Shown piece after piece: positions 7,835 to 17,076 of a DNA stretch of 29,083 nt. The translations under genes were made by a program, and so were the position numbers. How positions within the stretch are numbered: position 1 is the first letter of the stretch; the number at the start of each line of letters is the position of its first letter. Origin of the DNA: a virus (lineage: Duplodnaviria > Caudoviricetes); the IMG/VR virus record IMGVR_UViG_3300043120_000065, positions 1 through 29,083 of that record; one strand, 5' to 3'. The notes below the pieces were generated by a model that saw only the letters and a program-made list of their open reading frames with translations, did not search any database and was not told where the DNA came from.

Positions 7835-8002
7835 CTACCCACTTTGGGCGCGGGCGGCTTGCCATACCTGCCACATCCTATGGTGCTCATCTGCATCAGG
7901 CTCGCATTCCATTTCACTCGCCTCATATTGGCTAAGTTCGCCATCCCAAAACACGCCATCTGGCTTTGGAAAGTGCCTCTCAAACTCTTCTCTATCACTC
8001 AT
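7835..8002 (-). CDS. Small hypothetical protein
   Basis: MSDREEFERHF...MWQVWQAARA, a common small phage protein pattern; GGAGG RBS. Confidence 0.55.
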   Translation of the reverse strand: MSDREEFERHFPKPDGVFWDGELSQYEASEMECEPDADEHHRMWQVWQAARAQSG

Positions 8003-8198
8003 CGCAAACCTCCTCGGTCCAGTATTCAAACTCCGGCACACCCTCCGCGTCCCGGCCGATGTAGTCGCCCCCGTGGCGCGTTACGCACTGGGGTGGGGAC
8101 TGCACCGCCTCCCGTACCATGTCCGCCGCCAACGGCTGCACCGGCAGGCACAGGGCCATCAGCAGCAGGAACCCGGGGCACCCCTGCTCACTGCACAT
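7995..8198 (-). CDS. Hypothetical protein (possibly exported)
   Basis: 67 aa, signal-like FLLLMALCLPVQPLAA; fills the gap between neighbours. Confidence 0.4.
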   Translation of the reverse strand: MCSEQGCPGFLLLMALCLPVQPLAADMVREAVQSPPQCVTRHGGDYIGRDAEGVPEFEYWTEEVCDE

Positions 8199-8502
8199 CG
8201 TCCACCCCCGTCCGAAAGTACGGCGTAGGGCTATCGTCCGAAACCAGTTGCAACCCGCACAGCTCCCCCGTAAGGGAGTCCGCGCTCATTATCGTGGTGA
8301 GGACCCGGCACTCCGGGTGCATCATAGTGCCACTGAATAACCGCTGGGCCGCCTCTGCCTCTTCCGGCAGTAACGTAACGACGCGGCGTTCCCAGTGGTG
8401 GGAGGACGTTACCTGCGGCTTGCGCCAGAACGCCCACCACGGGGGCTTAACCTCCCGGAAAGTGGTTTTTCTTACGTGCCAGCTGAGTGTATGTGTAGTC
8501 AT
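8188..8502 (-). CDS. Hypothetical protein
   Basis: 104 aa, ATGA overlap with the GHKL gene, GGAGG RBS. Confidence 0.6.
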   Translation of the reverse strand: MTTHTLSWHVRKTTFREVKPPWWAFWRKPQVTSSHHWERRVVTLLPEEAEAAQRLFSGTMMHPECRVLTTIMSADSLTGELCGLQLVSDDSPTPYFRTGVDDVQ

Positions 8503-9692
8503 GCTTCCTCCATCGCGTACAGTTGCTCCGCTTGGTTGGCGGCGAGGTCCACAAGGTAGTCTTGTAGCCCCCGGCTCTCGTCATCCAAGCCGTGCTCAAG
8601 GTGTATAAACTCCTCAAGCAAAGTGCCCACCACGCAGGTCGGCCCCTTGGTGAAGGCCGTCCGGGAAATCATAATGACGTTGGCCCCGCGTATGGCCAAT
8701 CCAAGTGTGCCCGTGCCGAGGCTGTTAGCCAGTCGCACGTCGTAGTTCCCTACCGGGTGCCCGCTGTGCTCGCACACCCGCAAGGCACGGTCCAGCACCC
8801 GTTGCTCCGCCTTGGTGGGGGTAACGCTTTCCGCCAGTGCTGCGTCCTTGCTGTGGGCCTGCAGGTAACGTACCAGCGACCGGGCCAGCGGGTACTTCGG
8901 GTCTTTAAGGTAGCGCAGGGCCACCGCCGCGAACGCCTCGCCCGGCGGTTGGGCGGCCCGCTCAAACTCCAGCCCGTGCATCTCAAAACACTCCGGTACC
9001 GCACGGGTGAACAGGGTGTCCAGCAGCCCCTCGTCCTCCACCGCCAGCCATGCGGTGCGGATGTTGGCCTCGGCGATAAACGGGTACCGCAGGGTGCGGT
9101 CCTCCGTGAGCGCCTGATGACCGGTCAGGTTATAAGTAAACAGGGTCGGCTTGTTGAGCTCATGTACCCGGACCCCTTGGTAATACAGGTGACCGGACTC
9201 CCCCGGGTGAATCTCAACCCCCGGGGTCACTGCCAGCGGTTTGGAAGGCAGGAATATCTTGTCCCGGGTGGCGTGCGCTTCCATCATGGCCTCGCACCCA
9301 CTCACGTGGATGGTGGTGTAGCCGTCGCGGGGCTTGCGCCGCCGTGGTTCCACCCGGCTGCCCGGTTCGTCCCGGGCGTTGCAGTAGAGCTCCCGGTAAG
9401 CCTGCCACGGTTCCCAGTTAACCCCGAGGTGGGTGGTAAAGCCCAGTGGCTCGCCGTTCATGGTGACCGTGTCGAAGTCCTTGCCCCGCACGGTGCTGGT
9501 CTGCACCCCGAACTCGTAAGGCGTGGTGCCCTGCCAGACGGTCACCTTGCCACCAAGGCGCAGCACCACGGCAATGGCGTACTTGAGGCCCGTGCCGAAG
9601 TAGCCAATGGCATCCTCGCTCTCCTTGGCGGAAACGCCGAAGGTGGTAATGGCGACCGGGTCGATGTGTCCTTCGTTAATGAAACTGAGCAT
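8499..9692 (-). CDS. GHKL/HATPase-like (rIIA/MORC-like) protein with possible C-terminal zincin-like domain
   Basis: N-terminal FGVSAK...IGYFGTGLKYA (GHKL ATP-lid motif), RELYCNARDE; C-terminal LLEEFIHLEHG. Confidence 0.7.
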   Translation of the reverse strand: MLSFINEGHIDPVAITTFGVSAKESEDAIGYFGTGLKYAIAVVLRLGGKVTVWQGTTPYEFGVQTSTVRGKDFDTVTMNGEPLGFTTHLGVNWEPWQAYRELYCNARDEPGSRVEPRRRKPRDGYTTIHVSGCEAMMEAHATRDKIFLPSKPLAVTPGVEIHPGESGHLYYQGVRVHELNKPTLFTYNLTGHQALTEDRTLRYPFIAEANIRTAWLAVEDEGLLDTLFTRAVPECFEMHGLEFERAAQPPGEAFAAVALRYLKDPKYPLARSLVRYLQAHSKDAALAESVTPTKAEQRVLDRALRVCEHSGHPVGNYDVRLANSLGTGTLGLAIRGANVIMISRTAFTKGPTCVVGTLLEEFIHLEHGLDDESRGLQDYLVDLAANQAEQLYAMEEA

Positions 9693-9724
9693 CTGTCTCT
9701 CCGTTATAGCGTTCTAGTTTGCCC

Positions 9725-9753
9725 ACTGTACGGGGTATTATTACCCGTCACAA
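9725..9753 (-). promoter_or_regulatory. Sigma70-like promoter with semi-palindromic spacer
   Basis: Minus strand TTGTGA-17 bp (cgggtaataataccccg)-TACAGT; spacer closely resembles that at 4830-4846. Confidence 0.65.
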
Positions 9754-10172
9754 GGGAGCGTCAGCATGTCTTGCATCACGTCCGCCGGCAGGCCGTCATA
9801 CACCACGGTCGCGTGGTCATACAGAGCCTCCCGGGGCAAGCCATGGCGGAGCTTCGCCGCCACTTTGGCAGTCAGCAGCAGGTACCAGCGGCCCACCTGC
9901 ACAAGGAACCACACCCGGCCCCCGGCCTTCAGGTGGTTGGCGGCCCACAATAGTTGACCCGTGCGGATGTGCCGGCAGCGGATCGGGGTGCTGGTACGCT
10001 TCGGCAGCGGGATGTATTTGAGCTCCACCCACACCGACCGGCCTTCCGTGCAGACATAGGTGTCCGGGTCGCCACTACCGGCGGCGTTCTCCACCTGCCG
10101 CACCTGCGCGCAGGGATCGAACCCCTGTACCCGCTCGGCGAACAGTTTGCGCAGGGCGCTCTCACTGGCCAC
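9741..10172 (-). CDS. VRR-NUC / PD-(D/E)xK nuclease (putative Holliday junction resolvase)
   Basis: Likely GTG start at 10172: ASESALRK...GSGDPDTYVC...VWVELK...GQLLW...GG; S-E, G-x-P-D, ELK and Q..W motifs. Confidence 0.8.
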   Translation of the reverse strand: MASESALRKLFAERVQGFDPCAQVRQVENAAGSGDPDTYVCTEGRSVWVELKYIPLPKRTSTPIRCRHIRTGQLLWAANHLKAGGRVWFLVQVGRWYLLLTAKVAAKLRHGLPREALYDHATVVYDGLPADVMQDMLTLPCDG

Positions 10173-10173
10173 G

Positions 10174-10377
10174 CTACCCCTCCCGCTTCCACCACGAGCT
10201 GTCCCGCAACCAATCCGCCCGTTGACGCAGGAACCGTCGCTGCTCCACGTCATGGTGCGTGACGGTACCACCGCACTCGTCCACAAGATCGTGCAGTTCC
10301 CCCAGTGCGTCCCAAGCATCGTCCAGCCGCCTGACTACGCGGTTAATCGTGCGTTCCCGTTGCTTTTGTGTGCTCAT
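10174..10377 (-). CDS. Hypothetical protein
   Basis: 67 aa; GGAGG RBS, ATGA overlap. Confidence 0.6.
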   Translation of the reverse strand: MSTQKQRERTINRVVRRLDDAWDALGELHDLVDECGGTVTHHDVEQRRFLRQRADWLRDSSWWKREG

Positions 10378-10781
10378 ACATCACCTCCAGGAAACAGGGA
10401 CCGGGTTCTGCTGTGGCCGCTAGTAAGGGAATCGCCCTGCTCCGGCGGGTTGGAGGGGTACCGCCCCGCCCACTCCTCCGCCGCGTCTCGTTCCTCTAAC
10501 GCCAGCTCCAGCTGCCGCTTCAGGTGTTTGACCCGCCACTGTTTGCGGATGCGGTAGCTTTCCCACGCCTCTTCCTTGGTGGGGTAACAGTAACGCTTCC
10601 GGGCGGTCTTACTGACCCAGCGGCGGCTATTATCGTAGATGGCCGAGCCGGGGCCAGATACCCCCGCCGCCCAGTCCTCCACCACCCACCGCCCGGCGGG
10701 GGTTTCCTTTTCCACAACATAACGGCGCAGCACTACCTCGTCCGCCGTGCAGCCGGAATCGTATCGATAAAGGGTAGTCAT
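10374..10781 (-). CDS. Hypothetical phage protein
   Basis: MTTLYRY...KETPAGRWV...RKRYCYPTKEEAWESY; GGAGG RBS, ATGA overlap. Confidence 0.65.
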   Translation of the reverse strand: MTTLYRYDSGCTADEVVLRRYVVEKETPAGRWVVEDWAAGVSGPGSAIYDNSRRWVSKTARKRYCYPTKEEAWESYRIRKQWRVKHLKRQLELALEERDAAEEWAGRYPSNPPEQGDSLTSGHSRTRSLFPGGDV

Positions 10782-10999
10782 GCCATCAACCTCCCGAGTT
10801 CTTCCGGTGTCTGGATTTTCCACTGGCGGGCCAGCCGGGCCACCAGTTCGTCCACCGCTACCTCGCCCCGGGCAAGGTCCACCGTGATGGTGTCCAGGGT
10901 GCGGCCCTGCCGGGTGTAGGCGACATACGTCACCATGGTGGCAGGGTGGCCGTAAGGGGCGTGCAGGACGCGGATCTTGTGGATGGTGTTCAGTGCCAT
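10778..10999 (-). CDS. Hypothetical protein
   Basis: 73 aa; AGAAGGAG RBS. Confidence 0.6.
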   Translation of the reverse strand: MALNTIHKIRVLHAPYGHPATMVTYVAYTRQGRTLDTITVDLARGEVAVDELVARLARQWKIQTPEELGRLMA

Positions 11000-11023
11000 G
11001 GTGTTGCTCCTTCTAGCGTTATG

Positions 11024-11043
11024 GCCCCGGGTTGCCCCGGGGC
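11024..11043. repeat. GC-rich intergenic hairpin
   Basis: gccccggg-ttgc-cccggggc (GCAA tetraloop on the transcribed strand), no U-tract. Confidence 0.7.
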
Positions 11044-11074
11044 GGTGGTTGTTACGACTATTCGGCTTGGCGGG

Positions 11075-11341
11075 TCACGCCAAGCCCCCGTGCTGACAAG
11101 TTACTGGCCCGTCAAACACGACAAGCTGAGGCAGGGCGTATCCTACTATGTCGGCCGCCGCGTTTTCTTTGTTCCACCTCCACTGGCTTTCTTCCGCCAT
11201 CTCATAACCGAACCTAGCTAAATGTTCAGAGCCGTCACGATACTTGACCATCACGATGGTCCCAGGCCGCATCGATGGCCTCGCGCCATCCTTCGGAAAC
11301 CAGTCTCTGAACGCTCCAAACCCCTCCACTCTAACTTTCAT
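11075..11341 (-). CDS. Hypothetical protein
   Basis: MKVRVEGF...PGTIVMVKYRDG...WRW...DIVGY. Confidence 0.6.
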   Translation of the reverse strand: MKVRVEGFGAFRDWFPKDGARPSMRPGTIVMVKYRDGSEHLARFGYEMAEESQWRWNKENAAADIVGYALPQLVVFDGPVTCQHGGLA

Positions 11342-11361
11342 TTCTGTTTCCCCTGCCACCC

Positions 11362-11601
11362 TTATCGGGTGGCTTTCTTTGCGTAGTTGTACGCCTCCAG
11401 TGCTTCCTTGCAGGTTGCGAAGTCTGTACCCAGTCCGATGATGTGGTCATCTTCGCCGTAGATTTCCTCCGCTCCATCTTCCTCGATCATGAACTCTACC
11501 ACCCTCTCCATGTGTGCGATGTCTTTCTCGTTTCCTTCCTTGGCGATAATCATTAGCAGGGTGTTTCCGGTTCTGCGTTCTTTGTTGGCCGTTGCCCTCA
11601 T
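11362..11601 (-). CDS. Hypothetical protein (lower GC)
   Basis: MRATANK..., AAAGGGG RBS; first gene after the promoter at 11659-11687. Confidence 0.6.
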   Translation of the reverse strand: MRATANKERRTGNTLLMIIAKEGNEKDIAHMERVVEFMIEEDGAEEIYGEDDHIIGLGTDFATCKEALEAYNYAKKATR

Positions 11602-11658
11602 GCTGTACCCCTTTCTATCTTTCTGTTTGCGGGGCCAGTGCGCCCCGCCCATGATTTA

Positions 11659-11687
11659 AATATACATAAAGATTTATGTGTGTGCAA
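11659..11687 (-). promoter_or_regulatory. Sigma70-like promoter with palindromic operator
   Basis: TTGCAC-17 bp-TATATT on the minus strand; ACATAAA-ga-TTTATGT palindrome at 11664-11679. Confidence 0.85.
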
Positions 11688-11700
11688 CCCTTTCGGGGAA

Positions 11701-13767
11701 TTATTTTACGTTGCCCCAGTCCGGGCCGGTTTCCCAGCTGACGGACATCGGAACCCGCAGCTTCGGCACGGCATTCACCATGATGTTTTGCGCCTCGGCA
11801 AAAGCCTCCTCGGACTCCGCCGTCATGGGGTCATCCCAGTTGAGTTCGTCGTGCACCTGTATGAGTGGGGCACCCAGCGCGTCGCAGATACCCGCGTCCC
11901 ACAGGTCCACCATGGCCTGCTTCATGTAGTCGGCAAGACTGCCCTGCAGTACCCGGTTGAGGGCCTTGTGGGTGTACGCCCGTACCACCCCGGGCTTCGG
12001 CACCCGCTCGCCGCTCTCACGGGCCGCCGCGATGTACTTCTGCACCATGTCCACCACCTGATCCCGGTCCTTGCTGGCGGGCACCACCTGACGCAGCTCA
12101 AAGTCCGCCGGTTCCCACTGGTCGAACACTGCGATCCGTCCCAGCAGGGTCTTCACGAACCCTCGGGTGCTGGCGGTCTGCATGGCAAGGTCAAAGGTCC
12201 GCTTAACAAAGGGCAGGCCCCGGTGGTACGCACCATAAAGTTCCTCCCCGCGTGCATCGTCAACCCCTAGGCCACGGATCAGCTTACGCTTGCCCATACC
12301 AAACGTCAGGCCGAAGTTGATGTTCTTGGTGGGCTTGCGCCCCAGCTCGATCCCGGTAACTTCCCGCACCAACTCCTGCGCTGTGTCGTGGAAGTCCGTG
12401 TCGTCCGGGTACAGGTTGTACCGCTCCCGCACCCAGTCGCTTTTCGGTCCCCGGGCGTAATGGGCCAGCATCCGGTACTCGCCCTGATCGTAGTCCCCGC
12501 GCCGCCACTGCCCGGAGTCCGGTTCAAAGCACCCGCGAATCAGTGGGGCAAGGTACGGGTCACGGCTCGGAAGGTTCTGCAGGTTGGGATTGCTGCTGGC
12601 GAACCGTCCTGAGATGGCCCCGTTTTCGTCCGTCCGCAGGGGGTGGAACAGGGCATGTATCCGCCCCTCGTGGGCACTGTCCAGGAGATACCCCTGCACG
12701 AAGGTGCCCCGGGCCTTGGCCATGCGCCGAACAGCCAGCACTGCGTCCGCCATGGGGTGATCACAGCCCTCCAGGAACTCCTTGGTGAAACTGGGCCGCC
12801 CACTGGCCGTGGTAGGGAACTCAACCCCTTGGCGGCTGAACACACGGGCGAGGTCCGGGCCACTGTTCGGGTTGACCGGCTGGCCCCCGGCGGCGTGTTG
12901 CAGGTCCGCCATGAGCCCCTTTTCTTCCTCCGCCAGCTTGGTTTCCAGGGCGTTAGCCTTGTCCGCGTTAACCTTTACGCCGCGCTTGCGCATGGCCATG
13001 AGCATGGGAATGAGCCGGTGCTCCATGTCCACCAGCTCGGAAAGGCCGAGGTGTTCCACCAGCGGTTTCTGCTGTTGCCATACCCGCCACGGCAGGTCCA
13101 CGTCGGACTCCGCATACGGCCCCACAAGGCAGGGCGGTGCCCGGTAGATGTTGGCCCGTTGTCGGCCATTGGGCTTGCCGCCGTAGCTGCGAGCGCACCA
13201 TTCGTACAAGGCGTTGGACTCCTTGCCCTCGCCACAGTACCGTTCCCCCAGTGCGTCCAGCGACTTACTGCGAGCGGTTTCGTTGACCATGGCCTCCACC
13301 CACTGCACATCGATGTACGGCCCCGGCACCGTGATCCCCTGCGCCTGCAGCCAGAACAGGTCGTAAAGCAAGTTCGCCCCCACCTTCAGCTGCCCGGGCC
13401 TCGTCAGCTCTTTTGCGGCCCACTGGAACACGGCTTCAGGGTTCGGGTGGTTCTGTTCCGGGCACACCGTATGGAACAGGGGGTAGTACCAGCGGTGCCC
13501 GTCGTCGGTACCTACCCCGATGCCCACCACCTTACCGTCGCCACGGATGTCGCCCGGCCCGTCGCCCCGGCCAATGCCGGGGTCCTCGGTTTCCAGGTCA
13601 ATCACCAGTGCCCCGGCCCGGGACAGCTCCGGGAAATCCGTGGGGCAGTGCCAGTGAGGCTCCGGTATAGGGGCCAGCGGGCGGTTGGTGGGACCGCGAC
13701 TGGTGCCCTTGGTGGGTTCCTTGGCGTACTCCTGCCAGAACAGGCCAACAGCATCGAACCGGCTCAT
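11701..13767 (-). CDS. polA: Family A DNA polymerase with 3'-5' exonuclease domain
   Basis: 688 aa; Exo I DLET, Exo II NLLYD, Exo III YAESD; SGRFASSNPNLQNLP, motif A DYDQGEYR, motif B RKPTKNINFG, motif C VHDEL. Confidence 0.95.
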   Translation of the reverse strand: MSRFDAVGLFWQEYAKEPTKGTSRGPTNRPLAPIPEPHWHCPTDFPELSRAGALVIDLETEDPGIGRGDGPGDIRGDGKVVGIGVGTDDGHRWYYPLFHTVCPEQNHPNPEAVFQWAAKELTRPGQLKVGANLLYDLFWLQAQGITVPGPYIDVQWVEAMVNETARSKSLDALGERYCGEGKESNALYEWCARSYGGKPNGRQRANIYRAPPCLVGPYAESDVDLPWRVWQQQKPLVEHLGLSELVDMEHRLIPMLMAMRKRGVKVNADKANALETKLAEEEKGLMADLQHAAGGQPVNPNSGPDLARVFSRQGVEFPTTASGRPSFTKEFLEGCDHPMADAVLAVRRMAKARGTFVQGYLLDSAHEGRIHALFHPLRTDENGAISGRFASSNPNLQNLPSRDPYLAPLIRGCFEPDSGQWRRGDYDQGEYRMLAHYARGPKSDWVRERYNLYPDDTDFHDTAQELVREVTGIELGRKPTKNINFGLTFGMGKRKLIRGLGVDDARGEELYGAYHRGLPFVKRTFDLAMQTASTRGFVKTLLGRIAVFDQWEPADFELRQVVPASKDRDQVVDMVQKYIAAARESGERVPKPGVVRAYTHKALNRVLQGSLADYMKQAMVDLWDAGICDALGAPLIQVHDELNWDDPMTAESEEAFAEAQNIMVNAVPKLRVPMSVSWETGPDWGNVK

Positions 13768-14753
13768 GCCCGCACCCCAGCAAATACCCCGGCGAGGTCA
13801 CCGCCCACAAAGCGCACGGGCTTCGGATAGTCGCCAAACCACACCCCTTCCGCTGCAGACAGGACCAGTGACAGAACCTCCGCCCGGTAGGCCCCCGCCG
13901 GCAAGCCTTCCAGTGTCACTTCGGCCTGCACGTCCCCCTCACGGGTGCGCATGCCGTGCTCCCCGATCTCCACCACCGGGGCACGTTCATCGGCGCTGAA
14001 CGGTACAACGGCATCCACCCCGCTCTGCAAGTCCGCCAACAACTCGCCCCCATAAGGCGGTTCCGTGGGCAGTTCCCCGATCATGGCATCCGCATCCGGC
14101 CACTCGGCATTCAGTAGGGAAGTGCGCAGCCAGACCCCGGTATCAAAGGTCACCGTGAGGCTGTTATCGTCCACCCGCAAGGTAGCCGGGGTGTGCCCGG
14201 CCTTGTTAAGACGCACCAGCTCGTCCACCGCGTCCATGGGCACGTTGACCCCCGGTAGCCCGGCACCGTCAAGGCCCTGCCACCCGGCGCGCACCAGAAC
14301 GACGTTGTTGGTGGCGTACATGCTGGCCCCTTTGACCAGTACACCGCAGGCCCATGGCCGGGAGCCGTCCTGTGCCACAAACGGGCGCAGGGTGCGCAGG
14401 GTGTTTATAAAATCCACCGGGTCCGCTATGCGGAACGGGTTGGAGTCACTGGGGTGCGTAACGGGGTAGGGGGCCGGGTTGATGGGCAGGCGCACCCGCA
14501 GGCGACCAGACGACAGGGTCAAGGACTGCTCTGTGGTGCTCCACTTCGGTTCCTTACCCTTTTTGAGCGCCTGCTGTAGCTTGCGCCCGGGCAGGCACAG
14601 TTCCCGGTCCACTGGGGTCTTGCCGGGGTAGTGGATAGACAGCCGCCCGTTGCTGCCCTGCACCCCTTCCGGGGTCACGTGGATGTCCGTTAGCACCGGA
14701 ACGATGTCCTTGGTGGCCACCGCCCCCAGCACTGTTTCAATCATATCAAGCAT
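13764..14753 (-). CDS. DNA polymerase III beta-clamp-like protein
   Basis: VATKDIVPVLT, SRPWACGVL...MYATN, LLNAEWPD resemble the DnaN repeats (IPILS, SRPVLTG..VATD, LIDGNFPD); about 330 aa; coupled to polA. Confidence 0.75.
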   Translation of the reverse strand: MLDMIETVLGAVATKDIVPVLTDIHVTPEGVQGSNGRLSIHYPGKTPVDRELCLPGRKLQQALKKGKEPKWSTTEQSLTLSSGRLRVRLPINPAPYPVTHPSDSNPFRIADPVDFINTLRTLRPFVAQDGSRPWACGVLVKGASMYATNNVVLVRAGWQGLDGAGLPGVNVPMDAVDELVRLNKAGHTPATLRVDDNSLTVTFDTGVWLRTSLLNAEWPDADAMIGELPTEPPYGGELLADLQSGVDAVVPFSADERAPVVEIGEHGMRTREGDVQAEVTLEGLPAGAYRAEVLSLVLSAAEGVWFGDYPKPVRFVGGDLAGVFAGVRA

Positions 14754-15660
14754 CAAATAACCCCTTCATCTCGTTACGAAAGGTCTTGGCCCCACGGGAT
14801 TCCATGTCCGTGAAAGTGGCCGCGTTCACGGTGTCCCGGTACTTGTAACTCTCCGCCAACTGGTCCGGGGTCACCTCGTACTTCTCCAGCCAGCGCCGAA
14901 CCTCTTCTTGCTGCGTGGGCGGTAACCGGCTGTAGTGCCAACTGGACCACCGCTTCGCGTCCGGGCTGTCGTTGGAAAACACAATCTTCCGCAGACCTTC
15001 CGGTCGGTTGAACACACACGAGCCGAAGATACCCGTCATCAACCAGCTTGAGGAGTCTACGCTGTACCACGGGTATCGGAACATCAGGAACTGATCGGTC
15101 AGGCCGAAGCCGTGCACTTTGACCCGTGGTGTACCGTCCGGGTTGGTGAGGTAATCGCCCCACAGCCAGTCCAGCCACTCATGCAGCCAGCGGGTGGACT
15201 CCGGCACCATGCCACCGAGAAGGATGTAGTCGTACCCTTCGTCGAGGTACTTCACCAACCACCGGGCATCCTCCCGGCAGTGGAACACCGGGGCCACCTT
15301 GCACCCGTTGGACTCCAGGGCCTTCAGGTTGTTGTACGACCCCTCCGCGTCCCCGATGGCATCCAGACAGGACATCACCGACCACCAGTCGGCCGTCTTA
15401 TTGATGAACTCCGCGTAACGGTCGATGTCAATCACAGCACCCTTGGAAAAGGCGGTGAAGGCCCCGCTGTCCAGGAACAGGTCAATCCCGAGATCCTTTG
15501 TCGCTTCCACGTCCCGGGTCGGTAGGTTCCCGTTTTGGAACCCGTGATAGTAGTAACTGAACAGCCGACGCTTCACCCACCGTATCCAGTGGTCCGCGGG
15601 CGGGTTGTTCGGGTCGAAGTCCTCCGCCCCGCCCCGCTCACCGGCGAGAAATACCTTCAC
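14746..15660 (-). CDS. dpdA: DpdA-type DNA-guanine transglycosylase (TGT-like)
   Basis: [37 protein letters not shown] are TGT-fold motifs; adjacent to preQ0 synthesis genes. Confidence 0.85.
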   Translation of the reverse strand: MKVFLAGERGGAEDFDPNNPPADHWIRWVKRRLFSYYYHGFQNGNLPTRDVEATKDLGIDLFLDSGAFTAFSKGAVIDIDRYAEFINKTADWWSVMSCLDAIGDAEGSYNNLKALESNGCKVAPVFHCREDARWLVKYLDEGYDYILLGGMVPESTRWLHEWLDWLWGDYLTNPDGTPRVKVHGFGLTDQFLMFRYPWYSVDSSSWLMTGIFGSCVFNRPEGLRKIVFSNDSPDAKRWSSWHYSRLPPTQQEEVRRWLEKYEVTPDQLAESYKYRDTVNAATFTDMESRGAKTFRNEMKGLFDA

Positions 15661-16466
15661 ACCTGTCCCTCCGTAACGTAGGCCACCAGCACGGGCAGGG
15701 TTTGAACGGCAGGGTTGTCGCCCCGGATGATGTCGTAGTTGTCCGAGTCCGGCACGTCCATGAGGCCCTCGAACACCGCCCGGGCCACCAGCGGGTCAGG
15801 CACCCCGGCCTCCTCAAACGCGGCGGCTCGCAGCACCGTGGCGTGGTCCTTACCCGTGGGAGGGTACTGTCCATCATAGGCTGTGTGGCTATATGCCCAC
15901 GCCTCATAGATACCCGGAACCGCCAGCGCCTTGCGGATCTGCTCCGGCTTACTGACGTGCAGCAGCGGGGTCATGATGGTGATGAACCCGTCGGGCTGCC
16001 CCAGCGCCCGGTTGATGGCGCGCTCCTGTGCCTTGATGAACACCTCCCGGCAGTCCGGGTAGTTGGCGTTGTCGTCCTCGCAGACCCCGGTATACACGTA
16101 ACGGGCTCCGCAGGCCACCGCCCGGTTGGCCGCCAGCGTCAGGAACAGGGCGTTGCGCATCGGCACGAAGGTCTTTTCTACACGGTCCCCGATGATCTCG
16201 TCCATCTGCTCGGCCGATTCGTACTGCTCCAGCTCCTGACTGCGGTCCGTGAGGGGGCTGGTGGACACCAGCACACCGGGCACGTCAACGATCTCGTGCG
16301 TGACCCCGAACAGATTGGCTACGGATTTCGCCGCTTCGATTTCCCGTGCGTGCGTCTGCCCGTAATTGAACGTGATGGCGTGCACCTCGTCGTGGAGCTT
16401 TACTGCCACCCCGAGGCAGTACGTGCTGTCTTGACCGCCGCTCAAAATTACCAGTGCTTTACTCAT
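15657..16466 (-). CDS. queC: 7-cyano-7-deazaguanine synthase (atypical, no Zn cysteines)
   Basis: [10 protein letters not shown]-loop, FNYGQ, VPMRN, YPDCR, TPLL motifs. Confidence 0.92.
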   Translation of the reverse strand: MSKALVILSGGQDSTYCLGVAVKLHDEVHAITFNYGQTHAREIEAAKSVANLFGVTHEIVDVPGVLVSTSPLTDRSQELEQYESAEQMDEIIGDRVEKTFVPMRNALFLTLAANRAVACGARYVYTGVCEDDNANYPDCREVFIKAQERAINRALGQPDGFITIMTPLLHVSKPEQIRKALAVPGIYEAWAYSHTAYDGQYPPTGKDHATVLRAAAFEEAGVPDPLVARAVFEGLMDVPDSDNYDIIRGDNPAVQTLPVLVAYVTEGQV

Positions 16467-16470
16467 GATC

Positions 16471-17076
16471 TTACCCCTTCACCAGTTGTAGAAATTCGTT
16501 GCGCGCCTTGCCGTCCTCTTTAAAGGCCCCGCGCATGGCGCTGGTTACTGTGTGGTGCCCCTGCTGACAGATGCCCCGGGACTCCATGCACATATGACGG
16601 CATTCCAGCATCACCGCTACCCCCAGCGGTTCCAGGTTTGTTTGCAGGGCCTCGGCGATCTGGTTGGTGAGCCGTTCCTGCACTTGCAGCCGCCGGGCAA
16701 ACGCATCCACCAGCCGGTTGATTTTGGACAGGCCCACGATCTTACCGTTCGGGATGTAAGCCACATGCGCCCGGCCAAAGATCGCGGCCATGTGGTGTTC
16801 GCAATGGCTGTAGACCGGGATGTTCGTAACCAGCACCATTTCGTCCACGTCCTCCGCCCCATCCTCAAAGGTCTTGAGCAGGGCGGGGATGTCCACGTTG
16901 TACCCGGCGCACCAATGGTCGCGCCACGCTTTGAGCACCCGGTCGGGTGTGTCGGCAAGGCCGCCACGGGCAGGAAACTCCCCCACGAACCGCAGCAAGT
17001 TACGAACGCTGTCCTTTGTGGTTTGGAAATACTGGTTGCTGTGCCACTCTTCCGGCGTTGCGTTATCAAGACTCAT
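16471..17076 (-). CDS. folE: GTP cyclohydrolase I
   Basis: [36 protein letters not shown]. Confidence 0.96.
   Translation of the reverse strand: MSLDNATPEEWHSNQYFQTTKDSVRNLLRFVGEFPARGGLADTPDRVLKAWRDHWCAGYNVDIPALLKTFEDGAEDVDEMVLVTNIPVYSHCEHHMAAIFGRAHVAYIPNGKIVGLSKINRLVDAFARRLQVQERLTNQIAEALQTNLEPLGVAVMLECRHMCMESRGICQQGHHTVTSAMRGAFKEDGKARNEFLQLVKG

Noticed and set aside
7777-7998. Alternative 73-aa ORF
   Set aside because: The overlapping frame 7835-8002 has a better RBS and a more typical phage protein pattern.
14746-15660. Annotation as tRNA-guanine transglycosylase for queuosine synthesis
   Set aside because: Lacks the CxCxxC zinc motif of bacterial Tgt; context (clamp, polA, no queA/queF) fits DNA-acting DpdA.
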